DNA of 64,000 bases from an uncultured virus (IMG/VR IMGVR_UViG_3300006217_003352) (Duplodnaviria > Heunggongvirae > Uroviricota > Caudoviricetes): IMG/VR virus record IMGVR_UViG_3300006217_003352; one strand, given 5' to 3'. The position numbers and the translations under genes were made by a program. The notes beneath the pieces are model-generated. The model did no database searches. It was not told the origin of the DNA and saw only the letters and a list, made by a program, of their open reading frames with translations. How positions within the stretch are numbered: position 1 is the first letter of the stretch; each line of letters opens with the position of its first letter. This document shows, in pieces, positions 45,108-55,015 of the stretch.

Positions 45108-46967
45108 TTATTGCGAGTTGATGCCGCGAGTTTGAAGCGTGTCGATAAGCCTTTCGAGCGCGAATTTGAAAGGAACGTACAAATCTTCGTTTAGAAGTTC
45201 TGATACGCTCTGGAAGCGATTGTTGCGCATCTCTTGGGTATTTGTATGCGGAACGCCGTTGAAGTCCGTAGACAGGAATAAGAACGACTTGCCGTACTCT
45301 TCGGGCAGGTTATCAAGCATACCTATCGGGATTAGGTCGTTGAGCGTGATCCCAAACTCTTCTTCCGTTTCACGCCGCGCTGCGCGTTCGGCATCTTCCC
45401 ACGTTTCGATATGCCCGCCGGGACTGCCGACCTGATTATTGTCGTCGCGGTTCCCGACGAGTATCTTTCCATTCTTGACTACGATTACTCCTACGCCCGT
45501 TGCGCCGTCGTATAGAGTATCTGCATTATCGGTCTTTCCGAGTTGTGCAAGGATGTTCCCGAACGGTTCTTCGCGTTGCGGTAATTCTTCGTCTTCAATA
45601 CCAAACTTGCCTTCTTCCTTCAAGCGTTTACGCTCTTCGGCAGGGTCAAGAACGCCCATATCAATGTAGAGTTGAGCGGTCTGCGCCCGAACCAAATCCG
45701 CCTGCGCGTTGGTCTGTTCAATCGTGGCGCGCTCGCTTTCTTTCTCGTTCCATAACGGCTCAAATTCGAGTTCGTAATCGGGCTTCCCTTTTATCTCGCC
45801 CGTATTGATACCTATCGTTATGATTGCGTCGATGAGCGAACACAGATTGTCTTTGACCTGCGACTCACGGATTTTGTCTACGAAGCTGTAATAGTTTTCC
45901 ATATCGCTCTCGCCCGTCGAGTTCATACCTGCAGGCGAGCGACCGAACAGTTTTGTCTGCGGAATTTCCGTAAGCGCCGACAGCATATTGCAGGCGGAAT
46001 CTATGACTTCCTTAACTCCCGTAAGGGACGTGCTTTTGAAATCGTAATCTTCGCCGTCGTTGTCGATCGCTATGGAATTGAGAATACCCCGCGCCATATC
46101 AATTATTTGCAGACGTTTGAGCGCTTGCTCTTCGCCTTCGTCGGTAGCCAGCAGTTGCGCAAGGTTCTTCATCTTGTATACCGCCTGTACGCTACGTTCG
46201 AGTAATTTAACCGCGTCGCCGTGAGACGTTATCGTTTCGCGCAGGGCGCGTTTGATACGGTTATATTCTGGAACACCCCAGAACCTGTAATCCGTTGTGC
46301 TTGCCTTTTCGGGCATCTTCCCATTGCGGTACAGAAGGCATCTGCTTTCGTGTACGCGGAACGAACCGTAAATGCTGAACACGTTGTAGTATTCAGGCAT
46401 ACGGAACTTTGAGCGTTGCGCAACTCCCGATACGCCGATTCCCCTGTACATCGAATGATAATCAGGCGTTACAACGGAGCGGTCATACACGACGATTTCA
46501 TCAATTCTCCTTGCCGCCGTCCAGTTTACTGGTTGTGACAAATCGTTGATGCCATCGTCGATAATCATAACTGCAAGGGCGCCGCCGTACAGTCTGGACC
46601 ATTTCAGGCTTTCTTCCGCCGTCGTAAAGTATTTCAACTTCCTGACCTTTTTCTGGATGTACTCTTCTACCGCGTTATCTGCGATGTTCAGATGATACCC
46701 TTTCTTGACCGCTTCCTGCGCGGGAATGTCGATTATCTTTGCAAATAAGCCGTTCGTTTCGTAATGGCTCGTCAATACCGTATCAGGCGTTAAGTTTTCC
46801 GCACTATAACGATAGGCTTCCGAGTTGTCCTGCCCTGTTCCGTACTTGTTCAGCAAATTAACATAACCGTCTGCACGGAATGGCTTACGTTCTGCAGGCT
46901 GCGTGATCTGCTCGTTATTACGTTTGAGCTGTTCTAACTTTGCCTTGTTTTCGTCCGTTAAATGCAC
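45108..46967 (-). CDS. Portal protein (DUF1073-like) fused to a C-terminal NUDIX hydrolase domain
   Basis: SRLYGG, IPQTKLFGRSPAGMNSTGESD, FEPLW; complete Nudix box GHIETWEDAERAARRETEEEFGI. Confidence 0.9.
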   Translation of the reverse strand: MHLTDENKAKLEQLKRNNEQITQPAERKPFRADGYVNLLNKYGTGQDNSEAYRYSAENLTPDTVLTSHYETNGLFAKIIDIPAQEAVKKGYHLNIADNAVEEYIQKKVRKLKYFTTAEESLKWSRLYGGALAVMIIDDGINDLSQPVNWTAARRIDEIVVYDRSVVTPDYHSMYRGIGVSGVAQRSKFRMPEYYNVFSIYGSFRVHESRCLLYRNGKMPEKASTTDYRFWGVPEYNRIKRALRETITSHGDAVKLLERSVQAVYKMKNLAQLLATDEGEEQALKRLQIIDMARGILNSIAIDNDGEDYDFKSTSLTGVKEVIDSACNMLSALTEIPQTKLFGRSPAGMNSTGESDMENYYSFVDKIRESQVKDNLCSLIDAIITIGINTGEIKGKPDYELEFEPLWNEKESERATIEQTNAQADLVRAQTAQLYIDMGVLDPAEERKRLKEEGKFGIEDEELPQREEPFGNILAQLGKTDNADTLYDGATGVGVIVVKNGKILVGNRDDNNQVGSPGGHIETWEDAERAARRETEEEFGITLNDLIPIGMLDNLPEEYGKSFLFLSTDFNGVPHTNTQEMRNNRFQSVSELLNEDLYVPFKFALERLIDTLQTRGINSQ

Positions 46968-46988
46968 GGCTTTTACCTCCTTGTCGAA

Positions 46989-48416
46989 TTAAGATATTAA
47001 CGCCCCAATATTGAAGACGTTTCCGTTGAAATAGATATTTGCTTGCGTGGTCGAGTCTACTTGGTCGTCGTGTGCGCCGTTCGGGAACACCGCAAACTCT
47101 TCCACATAATCGTGTACCCACGCCGCAATGGACGGGTCTGGTATATACAGATTGCCCGCTTCTGCAAGCGGTGTAACCGCCGTAGCACGAACAACCTTAC
47201 CGCCTTCGGGTTCAACAGGAACAAGCCCGCTGATTTCCTTTTTGAGTACGTTGATGACCGCAGGACCGTTTGCTTTGTCTTCCACGAGTTTTGCTATTGC
47301 CTGCGGCCATTTTGCCGTAAGGGACTTGATAGCTGCAAGCGTTTCCGTGAAACTCATTTGACCGCGTACTTGGTCGAGCAAATAACGGTCTGCACCGATT
47401 TTGCCCCAAACCTGACCGACAACGTAGTCCGATTCTTTCTTGTCTTTGAACGTGCAGTCCCACGACTGTATAACTTGGTCGAACTTCTTGGGCAGAACCT
47501 TGTAGTATTTCCACCAACCGCGACGGAACATTCCGCCTTCGCTCGGAGATGGCGTTTGCATATACAGGGATGCCCACGCATAACTGCCGACCGCCTTTTT
47601 CGTTTCTTCCGCCCACTTTTCGTCATAACCGCCTGCGGGCCATAATGCCTGCCCGTGCTTACGATTAAGCAAGTCGTGATCTTCGTCGTCGCAAATTGCC
47701 GGGAGCGAAAGTATTTTCCAATCTTCGGGTTCTCCGTTTTCTGGATTGAGCAACCACCCCGCTAAATCGTTTTCGTGCCATCTGGTAAGAATGATAATGA
47801 TTGCGCCGCCTGAATGTAGACGGGTACGAATATCGGACTGATATGCTTCTATTGCACGTTTGCGGAATGTTTCTGATTCCGCTTCTGCTCTGTTCTTGAT
47901 AGGGTCATCTATAAGCAGCAGGTCTGCGCCTTTACCTGTTATAACACCGCCGATACCGGCAGAAATCATACCGCCGTCATAGCCTTGCAGATTCCAGTTG
48001 GTCTTTGTGGCTTGCGACATAGACAGGTTGATTCCGAACAATTTTTGTCCGAACTCAAATACTTTTGACCTGTTCGCTTCGCCAAATTCTTTTGCAAGTT
48101 CGTCGCCGTAGGAAACCTCAATGACGCGCTTGTTCGGGTTCTTCCCCAGATAGTACGACGGAAACGTCTTTGTAACCGTCATAGACTTACCGTGTCGGGG
48201 CGGCATAAAAATCATAAGCCGTTTCGTTTCCCCTGTTAAAACCTTTTCAAGTTCGTCACAGACGAGATTTAAGTGGTCGGCTCTTTGCCACCTGCCGTGA
48301 TGTACTAACTCAACGTAATTTGCGTAATGCCTTCTGGCGAGTTCGTACTTCGCAGCTTCGCCGGCTGCCATAAGGTAATTCTTCGAGAACTTGCCGTTAG
48401 TCGTCGCTATCGCCAT
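46989..48416 (-). CDS. terL: Terminase large subunit
   Basis: MPPRHGKS Walker A, LLIDDPIK Walker B, HDDQVD nuclease motif. Confidence 0.95.
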   Translation of the reverse strand: MAIATTNGKFSKNYLMAAGEAAKYELARRHYANYVELVHHGRWQRADHLNLVCDELEKVLTGETKRLMIFMPPRHGKSMTVTKTFPSYYLGKNPNKRVIEVSYGDELAKEFGEANRSKVFEFGQKLFGINLSMSQATKTNWNLQGYDGGMISAGIGGVITGKGADLLLIDDPIKNRAEAESETFRKRAIEAYQSDIRTRLHSGGAIIIILTRWHENDLAGWLLNPENGEPEDWKILSLPAICDDEDHDLLNRKHGQALWPAGGYDEKWAEETKKAVGSYAWASLYMQTPSPSEGGMFRRGWWKYYKVLPKKFDQVIQSWDCTFKDKKESDYVVGQVWGKIGADRYLLDQVRGQMSFTETLAAIKSLTAKWPQAIAKLVEDKANGPAVINVLKKEISGLVPVEPEGGKVVRATAVTPLAEAGNLYIPDPSIAAWVHDYVEEFAVFPNGAHDDQVDSTTQANIYFNGNVFNIGALIS

Positions 48417-48900
48417 TATGCTCAACCGCATACGCGGCGAGTGCTTGCAATTCTTCTTCCGATAATTTGCTTAAATCGACATTGCCGACATTCCCAGACA
48501 GTTCAATCTTCTGGGTTTGCGCCCACTCTCCTGTATGCTTACAGCGATTGTTGAGCCAGTACATAATCGCCATTGTGTCCGGTGGAACGTGCTTCGCGCT
48601 TTCTTTAACTTTGACGGGTCTAACATTTCCGTCTTTGTCCGTTTCCACCAGCGTTTCCTTTTCCTTAACGTCATAGCCGAGCGCCCGCTTATAAAGAGAT
48701 TTCTCTATCTTCGCGTCTGCCGCTTCTTTCCCTACTGTTAGCGCCTGTAAGAACGACGGGTATTCTTGCTTCCACCTGTGGAGCGTCCTGACAGATATTC
48801 CAAAGGCTTCCGCAATCTCATCATCAATCGCACCCTTCGATGCAAGCGACCACGCCCAATCGTCGTGATATTCGGGATTATATTTCGGGGTCGGGGGCAT
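48397..48900 (-). CDS. terS: Terminase small subunit
   Basis: HTH, SLYKRALGY, PPDTMAIMYWLNNR; upstream of terL. Confidence 0.85.
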   Translation of the reverse strand: MPPTPKYNPEYHDDWAWSLASKGAIDDEIAEAFGISVRTLHRWKQEYPSFLQALTVGKEAADAKIEKSLYKRALGYDVKEKETLVETDKDGNVRPVKVKESAKHVPPDTMAIMYWLNNRCKHTGEWAQTQKIELSGNVGNVDLSKLSEEELQALAAYAVEHNGDSDD

Positions 48901-48901
48901 A

Positions 48902-49837
48902 TCAGTTACCTCCTAAATAATCTGCCGCCCAAAGTTCAATGGCTTTCCATTTGCTTTTGGCGTTTACATCGCCGCTTTCAATCATTTTCTTAATTGCCAT
49001 CGTGATGATTTCCGCCGCTTCTTTGGGGATTGCGCTGCTTCCGAGAACGGACGTGATCTGTACCCATTCCTGCTTATCGTCGAATTGCAAATCGTCGAAC
49101 AGTTGCTCTGTTCCTTTAATCATAGCGTGAATAGCCGCGCCCGTGTTCTTGACGTTTGCGAACTCCTGATATTTTGCAAGAGCGTCGATAAAAGGCTTAT
49201 GCTGTTCTATATCGCAAGCGCCGATAAAATCAGGTTGCTGTGAGCGTAATGCTTCGACAAGTTTATCAAGGTCTTTGACTTGATGCGGCAGGAACGTAAA
49301 TACAATATTCTTCCAATCGTACTCGACTGTCGGGGACAGAAGTTTTTCGAGTTCTGCAAGGGGTTCGCCCAAGATGTCCTTTCCGATGTAACTTTCCAGC
49401 ATATCGTCAACGTCGTCTATCAGTTTAACGATTTCTTTCAGCGTGGACTGGTCGTCGAAGCCGCTAATGGCGTTATGCGCAAGTTGCTTTGCCGCAATCT
49501 GTGAGCGTGTCAACCCCGTAACATCGAGTATCACGTAGATTTCGTTTATAACGCCCGAATCCTTTGCGGACCGGATTCTGTGATGTCCCGATATGATTTC
49601 GATTTTGCCGTCAACGAGAGCGCAGAAAGGCAGGCTTTCAAGTTGCCCGCGTTTGCGGATGTTGTCTGTAAGCTGCTTCTGCATCTCGTTCTTCATTATT
49701 CGAGCATTGATGTCCTGCTCGCGCAGCGAAGTAAGCGGAACTTTGGCTATAATCAAGCCGTGTCCGAGTTCAAGCATCTGTTCATAGGAAACAGTCTTTA
49801 CTTCTGCGCTTTGGTTTTCTGTCGTTCCGTTTGCCAT
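48902..49837 (-). CDS. ParB/Srx N-terminal domain protein
   Basis: INARIM, IISGHHR; coupled to the MTase and terS. Confidence 0.8.
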   Translation of the reverse strand: MANGTTENQSAEVKTVSYEQMLELGHGLIIAKVPLTSLREQDINARIMKNEMQKQLTDNIRKRGQLESLPFCALVDGKIEIISGHHRIRSAKDSGVINEIYVILDVTGLTRSQIAAKQLAHNAISGFDDQSTLKEIVKLIDDVDDMLESYIGKDILGEPLAELEKLLSPTVEYDWKNIVFTFLPHQVKDLDKLVEALRSQQPDFIGACDIEQHKPFIDALAKYQEFANVKNTGAAIHAMIKGTEQLFDDLQFDDKQEWVQITSVLGSSAIPKEAAEIITMAIKKMIESGDVNAKSKWKAIELWAADYLGGN

Positions 49838-51231
49838 CTCTCCTCCTTCAAGAGCCATTCTTCAAGCGTTTGCCGCTCGTTACGGTCTTTTAAGTCCGAC
49901 TCGTATGTGAGTTTGAACCCATACTTCTTGTCGGGAACTTTCTTTGTCAGTTTCATAACCCCGCGCATTTCCTTTGCTTCGGGGTATTTTGTCATCTGCA
50001 CCGTTTTAAGGTGGTGCGCCTTCTCGCGTTCAATGTCGTTGCATTGACTGTAAATAAACGGCTTATTCTGCGCAAGCATCGTTAAGAGCCTGCCCAGTCT
50101 GTACTTCTTATGCGGAACAGTCATTCCATACATAAGGAATACCGCGTCGCTTACCTGTGTACCAAACGCGCCCATAGTGAGCGCAGCTTTGTCGATTCCG
50201 AATACTCCCGCAATCATCTTGTCGATGAACACGGCAGTGTTAATCTGCGCCGCAGACCCGACAAAATTGTGCGTCCATAACTGCCGATAGTATTGAGCGT
50301 TTGCCCTATCGATCGTCTGTAATGCAATTTCGCTGTCTTTCGTGATAACGTAATCTCGCGGAAGCATTGAACATTCAAGCGGTTCAAGCCGACTTTCGTT
50401 CGGGCGCGTAATTTTCTTTCCGTGAGCCAAAGCGGTGGCTTCTTCTGGTCTGTTCGACGTGATGTACACGTTAACGCCTTCACGCACTCCGTATCTGGCG
50501 AAAATGGGACTTCCCGCCGTTTGATACGGCGCGTTCTCTTCATAGCAAATTAAAAGGGCTTTCGCGTCTTTGCACTTTTCGTACAAATCGTGAAGCCCTG
50601 TCTTTACGTCAAAGATACCGTACTTCGGTTCTTTCCAAGTCATCTTACCGCCCGTGTCATACCACTTTTCAAATCCTGCCGTATACGTGGGCGGATTTGC
50701 GATAATCAACGTGTGCGGATCGTCGATACACTCATCAAGATGTTCCCACATATCAAGCGCACGGTAATTCATACCTTTGAGCGCCGAACGCGCCCTATCG
50801 AGTTGCTCATTCAATGATTTGATATGCTCGGTTCTACGATGCTGCAAATCGAGTAAGATATTGTAGAAGTAGTCTTTTCCCGCCTGCTTTGCGGTTCTCA
50901 ATACGAGTTGAGCATAGAGCGCCGTCGCAGGGTCGCATAGTTCTTCGTCCGTAAATCCTTCCGCTTTGATTTCCAGTTCTTCGAGCGTCTTTCCCATAAT
51001 AGCGTAACCCATTATGCTCGTGAACATAGAAACGTCGCTTGCTTCTATCTGCGAACCCGAATAACCAACCTGCGCTGCAAGGTGCGACATAGCAAATGCG
51101 CCGGCGCAAGGCTCTACTACTTTTGAATAACCGCTCTTCTTTGCGTTTTCGAGTAACGGTTTGAGAAACTTTTGCTCCTGCGCTACGAGCGTTCCCAGAA
51201 ACAATGCGCCGGGGTTTTGAAATCGCGCCAT
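49798..51231 (-). CDS. Divergent adenine methyltransferase-like protein with extra C-terminal domain
   Basis: EPCAGAF SAM-binding motif, ANPPTY catalytic-like motif. Confidence 0.7.
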   Translation of the reverse strand: MARFQNPGALFLGTLVAQEQKFLKPLLENAKKSGYSKVVEPCAGAFAMSHLAAQVGYSGSQIEASDVSMFTSIMGYAIMGKTLEELEIKAEGFTDEELCDPATALYAQLVLRTAKQAGKDYFYNILLDLQHRRTEHIKSLNEQLDRARSALKGMNYRALDMWEHLDECIDDPHTLIIANPPTYTAGFEKWYDTGGKMTWKEPKYGIFDVKTGLHDLYEKCKDAKALLICYEENAPYQTAGSPIFARYGVREGVNVYITSNRPEEATALAHGKKITRPNESRLEPLECSMLPRDYVITKDSEIALQTIDRANAQYYRQLWTHNFVGSAAQINTAVFIDKMIAGVFGIDKAALTMGAFGTQVSDAVFLMYGMTVPHKKYRLGRLLTMLAQNKPFIYSQCNDIEREKAHHLKTVQMTKYPEAKEMRGVMKLTKKVPDKKYGFKLTYESDLKDRNERQTLEEWLLKEERWQTERQKTKAQK

Positions 51232-51314
51232 CTATAAGCCCTCCTGTAACTTGTTAGTTTCGCCTGTAATTGATATAATATTAACTACGATAAATAAATA
51301 AGGAGACATCGTTT

Positions 51315-51923
51315 ATGCAAGTTTTAACAGGCAATGAGCATCTGAAATTTGACGGTATGCCTATCAATAGGTTACTGTCTGACTTCTGGAAATGGAACTC
51401 TTCAGATTTGCTCAATAACACAATGCGCGGCGCATTTGCGGAGTTCATTATCGCAACCGCGCTCGACCTTGACTTAACCACCACTCACGTGGACTGGGAG
51501 TCGTATGACCTTCTATGGGAAGATAAGAAAATCGAAGTCAAATGCTCCGCCTATCTTCAATCGTGGTACCCCAAAAATCAACCCGACAAGTATTCAAAAA
51601 TCATCTTCTCGATCTCGCCGGCGTATGACTGGATTCCAGACGAAGCGCGGTATGATTACGACAATCACAAACGCCATTCAAACGTCTATGTATTCTGCCA
51701 TTACAAAAGCAAGGAACGCGCCCCAGAAAATCCGCTCAATCTGAATAACTGGGACTTTTACGTTCTTGCTACCTACAAAATTGATGCCATCTTTGGTATG
51801 CAACGCAGTATCTCTCTATCTGGTCTGATAAATCGCGGCAAGCCTACCAAATGCGATTATGCAGGCATACGCGACGCTATCGAGAAAGAATATCAAGACT
51901 ACTTACATCACGAACAACAATAA
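51315..51923 (+). CDS. PD-(D/E)xK nuclease-like moron protein
   Basis: AEF..YDL..IEVK motif; own TTGTTA-17-TATAAT promoter (51251-51279), AAGGAG RBS and downstream hairpin. Confidence 0.7.
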   Translation: MQVLTGNEHLKFDGMPINRLLSDFWKWNSSDLLNNTMRGAFAEFIIATALDLDLTTTHVDWESYDLLWEDKKIEVKCSAYLQSWYPKNQPDKYSKIIFSISPAYDWIPDEARYDYDNHKRHSNVYVFCHYKSKERAPENPLNLNNWDFYVLATYKIDAIFGMQRSISLSGLINRGKPTKCDYAGIRDAIEKEYQDYLHHEQQ

Positions 51924-51992
51924 GAAAAGAAGCGGCTACTTAATCGTAGTCGCTTCTACACTTTATTGTCGGTCTTACAATGAAGACCTATT

Positions 51993-52068
51993 TGGTCCGC
52001 CCAGAGGGACTCGAACACCCCAACCCGCAGATTAAGAGTCTGCTGCTCTACCGTTGAGCTATAGGCGG
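51993..52068 (-). tRNA. tRNA-Lys (anticodon CUU) with encoded CCA
   Basis: Cloverleaf: CCGCCTA/TGGGCGG acceptor, GCTC/GAGC D-stem, GCAGA-CT CTT AA-TCTGC, TTCGAGT T-loop; T-stem has one bulge or mismatch. Confidence 0.88.
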
Positions 52069-52515
52069 CTATAATAAGTCGAACAACGTCATTTGCTTTT
52101 GCTGTGCTTCTGGCTTTTTGCCCGACTTACACGTTGAACTGTCTTGCAATTCAGGTATCGCCATTCCCGTGCGAGCCTGCCACCATTCAGCAAATACCAA
52201 GCGATGACACCACTCGTCGGGGATTCTGACATCTTCGTAACAACACAGAACAATGTCTTTGTTAAATGACAGATACGGTCGCAGAAGGCTTTTCGCCCGT
52301 TCAATGCCCACTCTGTCAAGATGTGCAAAGAACTTTGGAGTGAATACCGCCCTATCGTTCTCACTGAACAAATAACCGGGCGGCGCGAACTCTATGATGT
52401 TTCCGCTTAACTTGTACTTTAACGGAAATCTGGGCGCGCCCCTTGTTATGCCCACAACCGTGTAATTGCCCGATTGCAATTCGGGGTTTTGGTAACGACT
52501 GGTAAATATCTTCAT
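52069..52515 (-). CDS. DUF488-like protein
   Basis: MKIFTSRY...LCCYED...WCHRLVFAEW. Confidence 0.7.
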   Translation of the reverse strand: MKIFTSRYQNPELQSGNYTVVGITRGAPRFPLKYKLSGNIIEFAPPGYLFSENDRAVFTPKFFAHLDRVGIERAKSLLRPYLSFNKDIVLCCYEDVRIPDEWCHRLVFAEWWQARTGMAIPELQDSSTCKSGKKPEAQQKQMTLFDLL

Positions 52516-52748
52516 ACCGCCATCCGTAACACCGCACTCTGCAATACCGCAATACCTTTTTTGATAGCAGCGTCGGTGTCCTTTCCCAACTGTCTGTAAA
52601 ATGACCCGTGAACCATACACTCGTATGCCAACTGCATATCGTTTGCTTCTTGACGGGTAATCCCGATTTTGAAGTCTTTTGCGATACGCAACGCTGCCTT
52701 GTGATTTCCCGATAAAAACATTTGCTTTACGATTTCTGTCTTTGTCAT
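52512..52748 (-). CDS. Hypothetical phage protein
   Basis: ALRIAKDF..FYRQLGKD; first gene after the 52779-52807 promoter. Confidence 0.65.
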   Translation of the reverse strand: MTKTEIVKQMFLSGNHKAALRIAKDFKIGITRQEANDMQLAYECMVHGSFYRQLGKDTDAAIKKGIAVLQSAVLRMAV

Positions 52749-52778
52749 TTTAGGTAGCCCCTTGTTTTTCTTATCTTC

Positions 52779-52807
52779 ATTCTAACACAGGTACTACCGA
52801 ATAGCAA
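52779..52807 (-). promoter_or_regulatory. Promoter of the same family but without the operator palindrome
   Basis: TTGCTA-17-TAGAAT with the shared AT-rich upstream block. Confidence 0.65.
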
Positions 52808-52949
52808 ACGGATTTCGTGTATTTTTGCAAAATATTTTTGCAATAAACGATTTTATTTACCGCCTTTTTTCGGGGTGACATAACATTCAACGCTATCATC
52901 ATACAACTTTGCTTTTCTTTTGTCAATGCCCAAAAACTGCCCTTGCATT

Positions 52950-53546
52950 TTAGAACAGAATGATGTCCGAAAGGTCGATACCAAAGAACAGTCCCGAAAG
53001 GTCCTGTATGGCTACGTTCAAATCTTTGAACACCGTGCGTGTATTGATATGTTCAATGTCTGCTACGTCGTCGGGGCTTCCTACGTTGTCCGTAAGGTAC
53101 ATCGCTTCCAATACTCTCCACCTTCTCCTAACCTCTTCCCTCTCCGAGTTAAGGCACTTGTTCTTGTAGAGTTCAAGCATTGTGTCAATGTGTCCCAGTA
53201 CCGTTTGCGTGAACACCATTCTGTCTTTGATGCTTTCCACCTTACGGCTTTCAAGGTTATCCATTCCCATACTCTCAAGGAATATCAACTCCTCTTCCGA
53301 AAGCAACTGCGTCAATTCGCTGACCGCGTTCCCGGCATAACTTTTCAACCACCTGTACTTTTTCACAAGTAGCCGCGTATTTTTCATACGGAAATCTTTT
53401 GCTTTTGCTCTCTGCTCTTCCATCTGGCGGTTGAACATTTCGATTGCTTTCTCCGTCGCATACTTCGAGATGAGATTAAGTACATTCTTCGGGATTGCCG
53501 AAAAATCATCCTGCGGCTTTTCTGTTGTTTTCGTTTCTTTGCTCAT
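52950..53546 (-). CDS. Putative late transcriptional regulator (C-terminal HTH)
   Basis: NTRLLVKKYR..VLEAMYL..VADIEHINTRTVFKD..LFFG; end of the middle operon. Confidence 0.6.
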   Translation of the reverse strand: MSKETKTTEKPQDDFSAIPKNVLNLISKYATEKAIEMFNRQMEEQRAKAKDFRMKNTRLLVKKYRWLKSYAGNAVSELTQLLSEEELIFLESMGMDNLESRKVESIKDRMVFTQTVLGHIDTMLELYKNKCLNSEREEVRRRWRVLEAMYLTDNVGSPDDVADIEHINTRTVFKDLNVAIQDLSGLFFGIDLSDIILF

Positions 53547-53595
53547 AAGGCTTCTCCTTTCTGTGGCTGTATTCTTTACCTACCGGAGCAGGGAC

Positions 53596-54384
53596 TTAAA
53601 ACAGTCCCCACTCCGCAAACTTCTCAAACCCACCCTTCTTCATAATGAAGTCTCTTGCCACTTCTACAATTTCCGAATAGGGCTTGCCGTCGATTGTGTC
53701 GTCGCCTATGGCGCAGCACAATTCTACTGTCTTTCCTGTTTCCTGCGCTTTTAAGAACGCATAGATGTTTACCGATACGTCTGCTTTCGACAAATCCTTG
53801 CCGTGAAGCCCGCCGCCCGTTACTCCGTCCGCCATATCTGAACCGAGTTTCCTGTTCGTCGCGCCCGTGTCTACATTCGTTCCCCCTTCCCAATCCCCAA
53901 GCGGATTGACGATGGCTTTCGGGTAGACCTTCCTGATGTAATCGCTTTCGCAGTTGCTCTGACAGATTATCATTCTGTCGCCGTCGAGAATGTACTTTCC
54001 GTCGTAAGGCACCATTTCGTAAATGCCGTGCGCCATATTCGATAATGCTCTTTGCTCTACCGTAAGCGGTACGCCCTTGAAAATGCCGTTGTCGCCGCAC
54101 CTGATCTTGCCGCTTTGATTTTCTGCGAGATGAACATCTTGCTTTGCCTGTGCAATATCTACATTCAATTCCGCGTCGCCTGTAATTCTTGTAACGGCCG
54201 CATAAATCTTTTCAGGGTCAATTACTACGGAACTTTCCGTGATAATATGACACGCGCCGTGTCCGATAAGAACTTCAACTGCAACCTTCGGGTTTTTTTC
54301 TTGCGCATAAGCAAGGTCTACAATAGCACCTGCAATTCTGTCTGCCACCTTATCGGGATGGCTGGGGTTTACTTTTTCAATCAT
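53596..54384 (-). CDS. metK: Phage S-adenosylmethionine synthetase (short form)
   Basis: HPDKVADRI, GDNG, DTGATNRK, GGGLHGKDLSKAD. Confidence 0.88.
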   Translation of the reverse strand: MIEKVNPSHPDKVADRIAGAIVDLAYAQEKNPKVAVEVLIGHGACHIITESSVVIDPEKIYAAVTRITGDAELNVDIAQAKQDVHLAENQSGKIRCGDNGIFKGVPLTVEQRALSNMAHGIYEMVPYDGKYILDGDRMIICQSNCESDYIRKVYPKAIVNPLGDWEGGTNVDTGATNRKLGSDMADGVTGGGLHGKDLSKADVSVNIYAFLKAQETGKTVELCCAIGDDTIDGKPYSEIVEVARDFIMKKGGFEKFAEWGLF

Positions 54385-54710
54385 TGTTTGTCTCCTTTAT
54401 TTTGATTTTTTTGTTCTTCGAGTTTTCTGTAAGCGCCCGCCGCCGTGAACATTACCTGCATAAGTTCGTCAAGCCTAACTGCAAGCATAATCTTCTCTTC
54501 CGGCACCGAGATAGATACTGTACCCAATTCGTAACTCGCTTTAATGTTTCCTTCGAGTACCTTGTGCTTAAACGTCTTTCCGTCGTCGTTGAAAACGAAT
54601 CTTGCCACGTTTACCTTTGCACTTGCACCATCAAGCGGTCCTTCCTTCGGGTCGGTGTTTACCACCACTTCGCACTCTTTACGTGCTTCCTGCTTTTCCT
54701 GCTGTTCCAT
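54381..54710 (-). CDS. Hypothetical phage protein
   Basis: AGGAG RBS. Confidence 0.6.
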   Translation of the reverse strand: MEQQEKQEARKECEVVVNTDPKEGPLDGASAKVNVARFVFNDDGKTFKHKVLEGNIKASYELGTVSISVPEEKIMLAVRLDELMQVMFTAAGAYRKLEEQKNQNKGDKQ

Positions 54711-54724
54711 AGTCAAATCTCCTA

Positions 54725-55006
54725 TTATATTTTTTCGCCCAGAGAGCAAAATTGACTTTCTTCAAATGTTCTTGCCGCGCCGCCTTCAAAATGACTGTTT
54801 TTGTCACACCACTTTTCTTCGACGTGGTAGAACTTGCAGTCCTTGCATCGGACTATTGTTCTCTTGTTCCAATATTCTACCGCTTCCGATCTGAAACTAA
54901 ATGTCGGACTTGATGCACCGCAGTCCCTGCAGACCGCTTTCATCTTTTTCCTTCCTATAATTTCTGCAACTCCGCCGCAAAACGGACATTTGTTCAATCC
55001 TTCCAT
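54725..55006 (-). CDS. Lar-family restriction alleviation-like protein
   Basis: CPFCGG..CRDCGA..EAVEYWNKR. Confidence 0.7.
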   Translation of the reverse strand: MEGLNKCPFCGGVAEIIGRKKMKAVCRDCGASSPTFSFRSEAVEYWNKRTIVRCKDCKFYHVEEKWCDKNSHFEGGAARTFEESQFCSLGEKI

Positions 55007-55015
55007 TACTACCTC

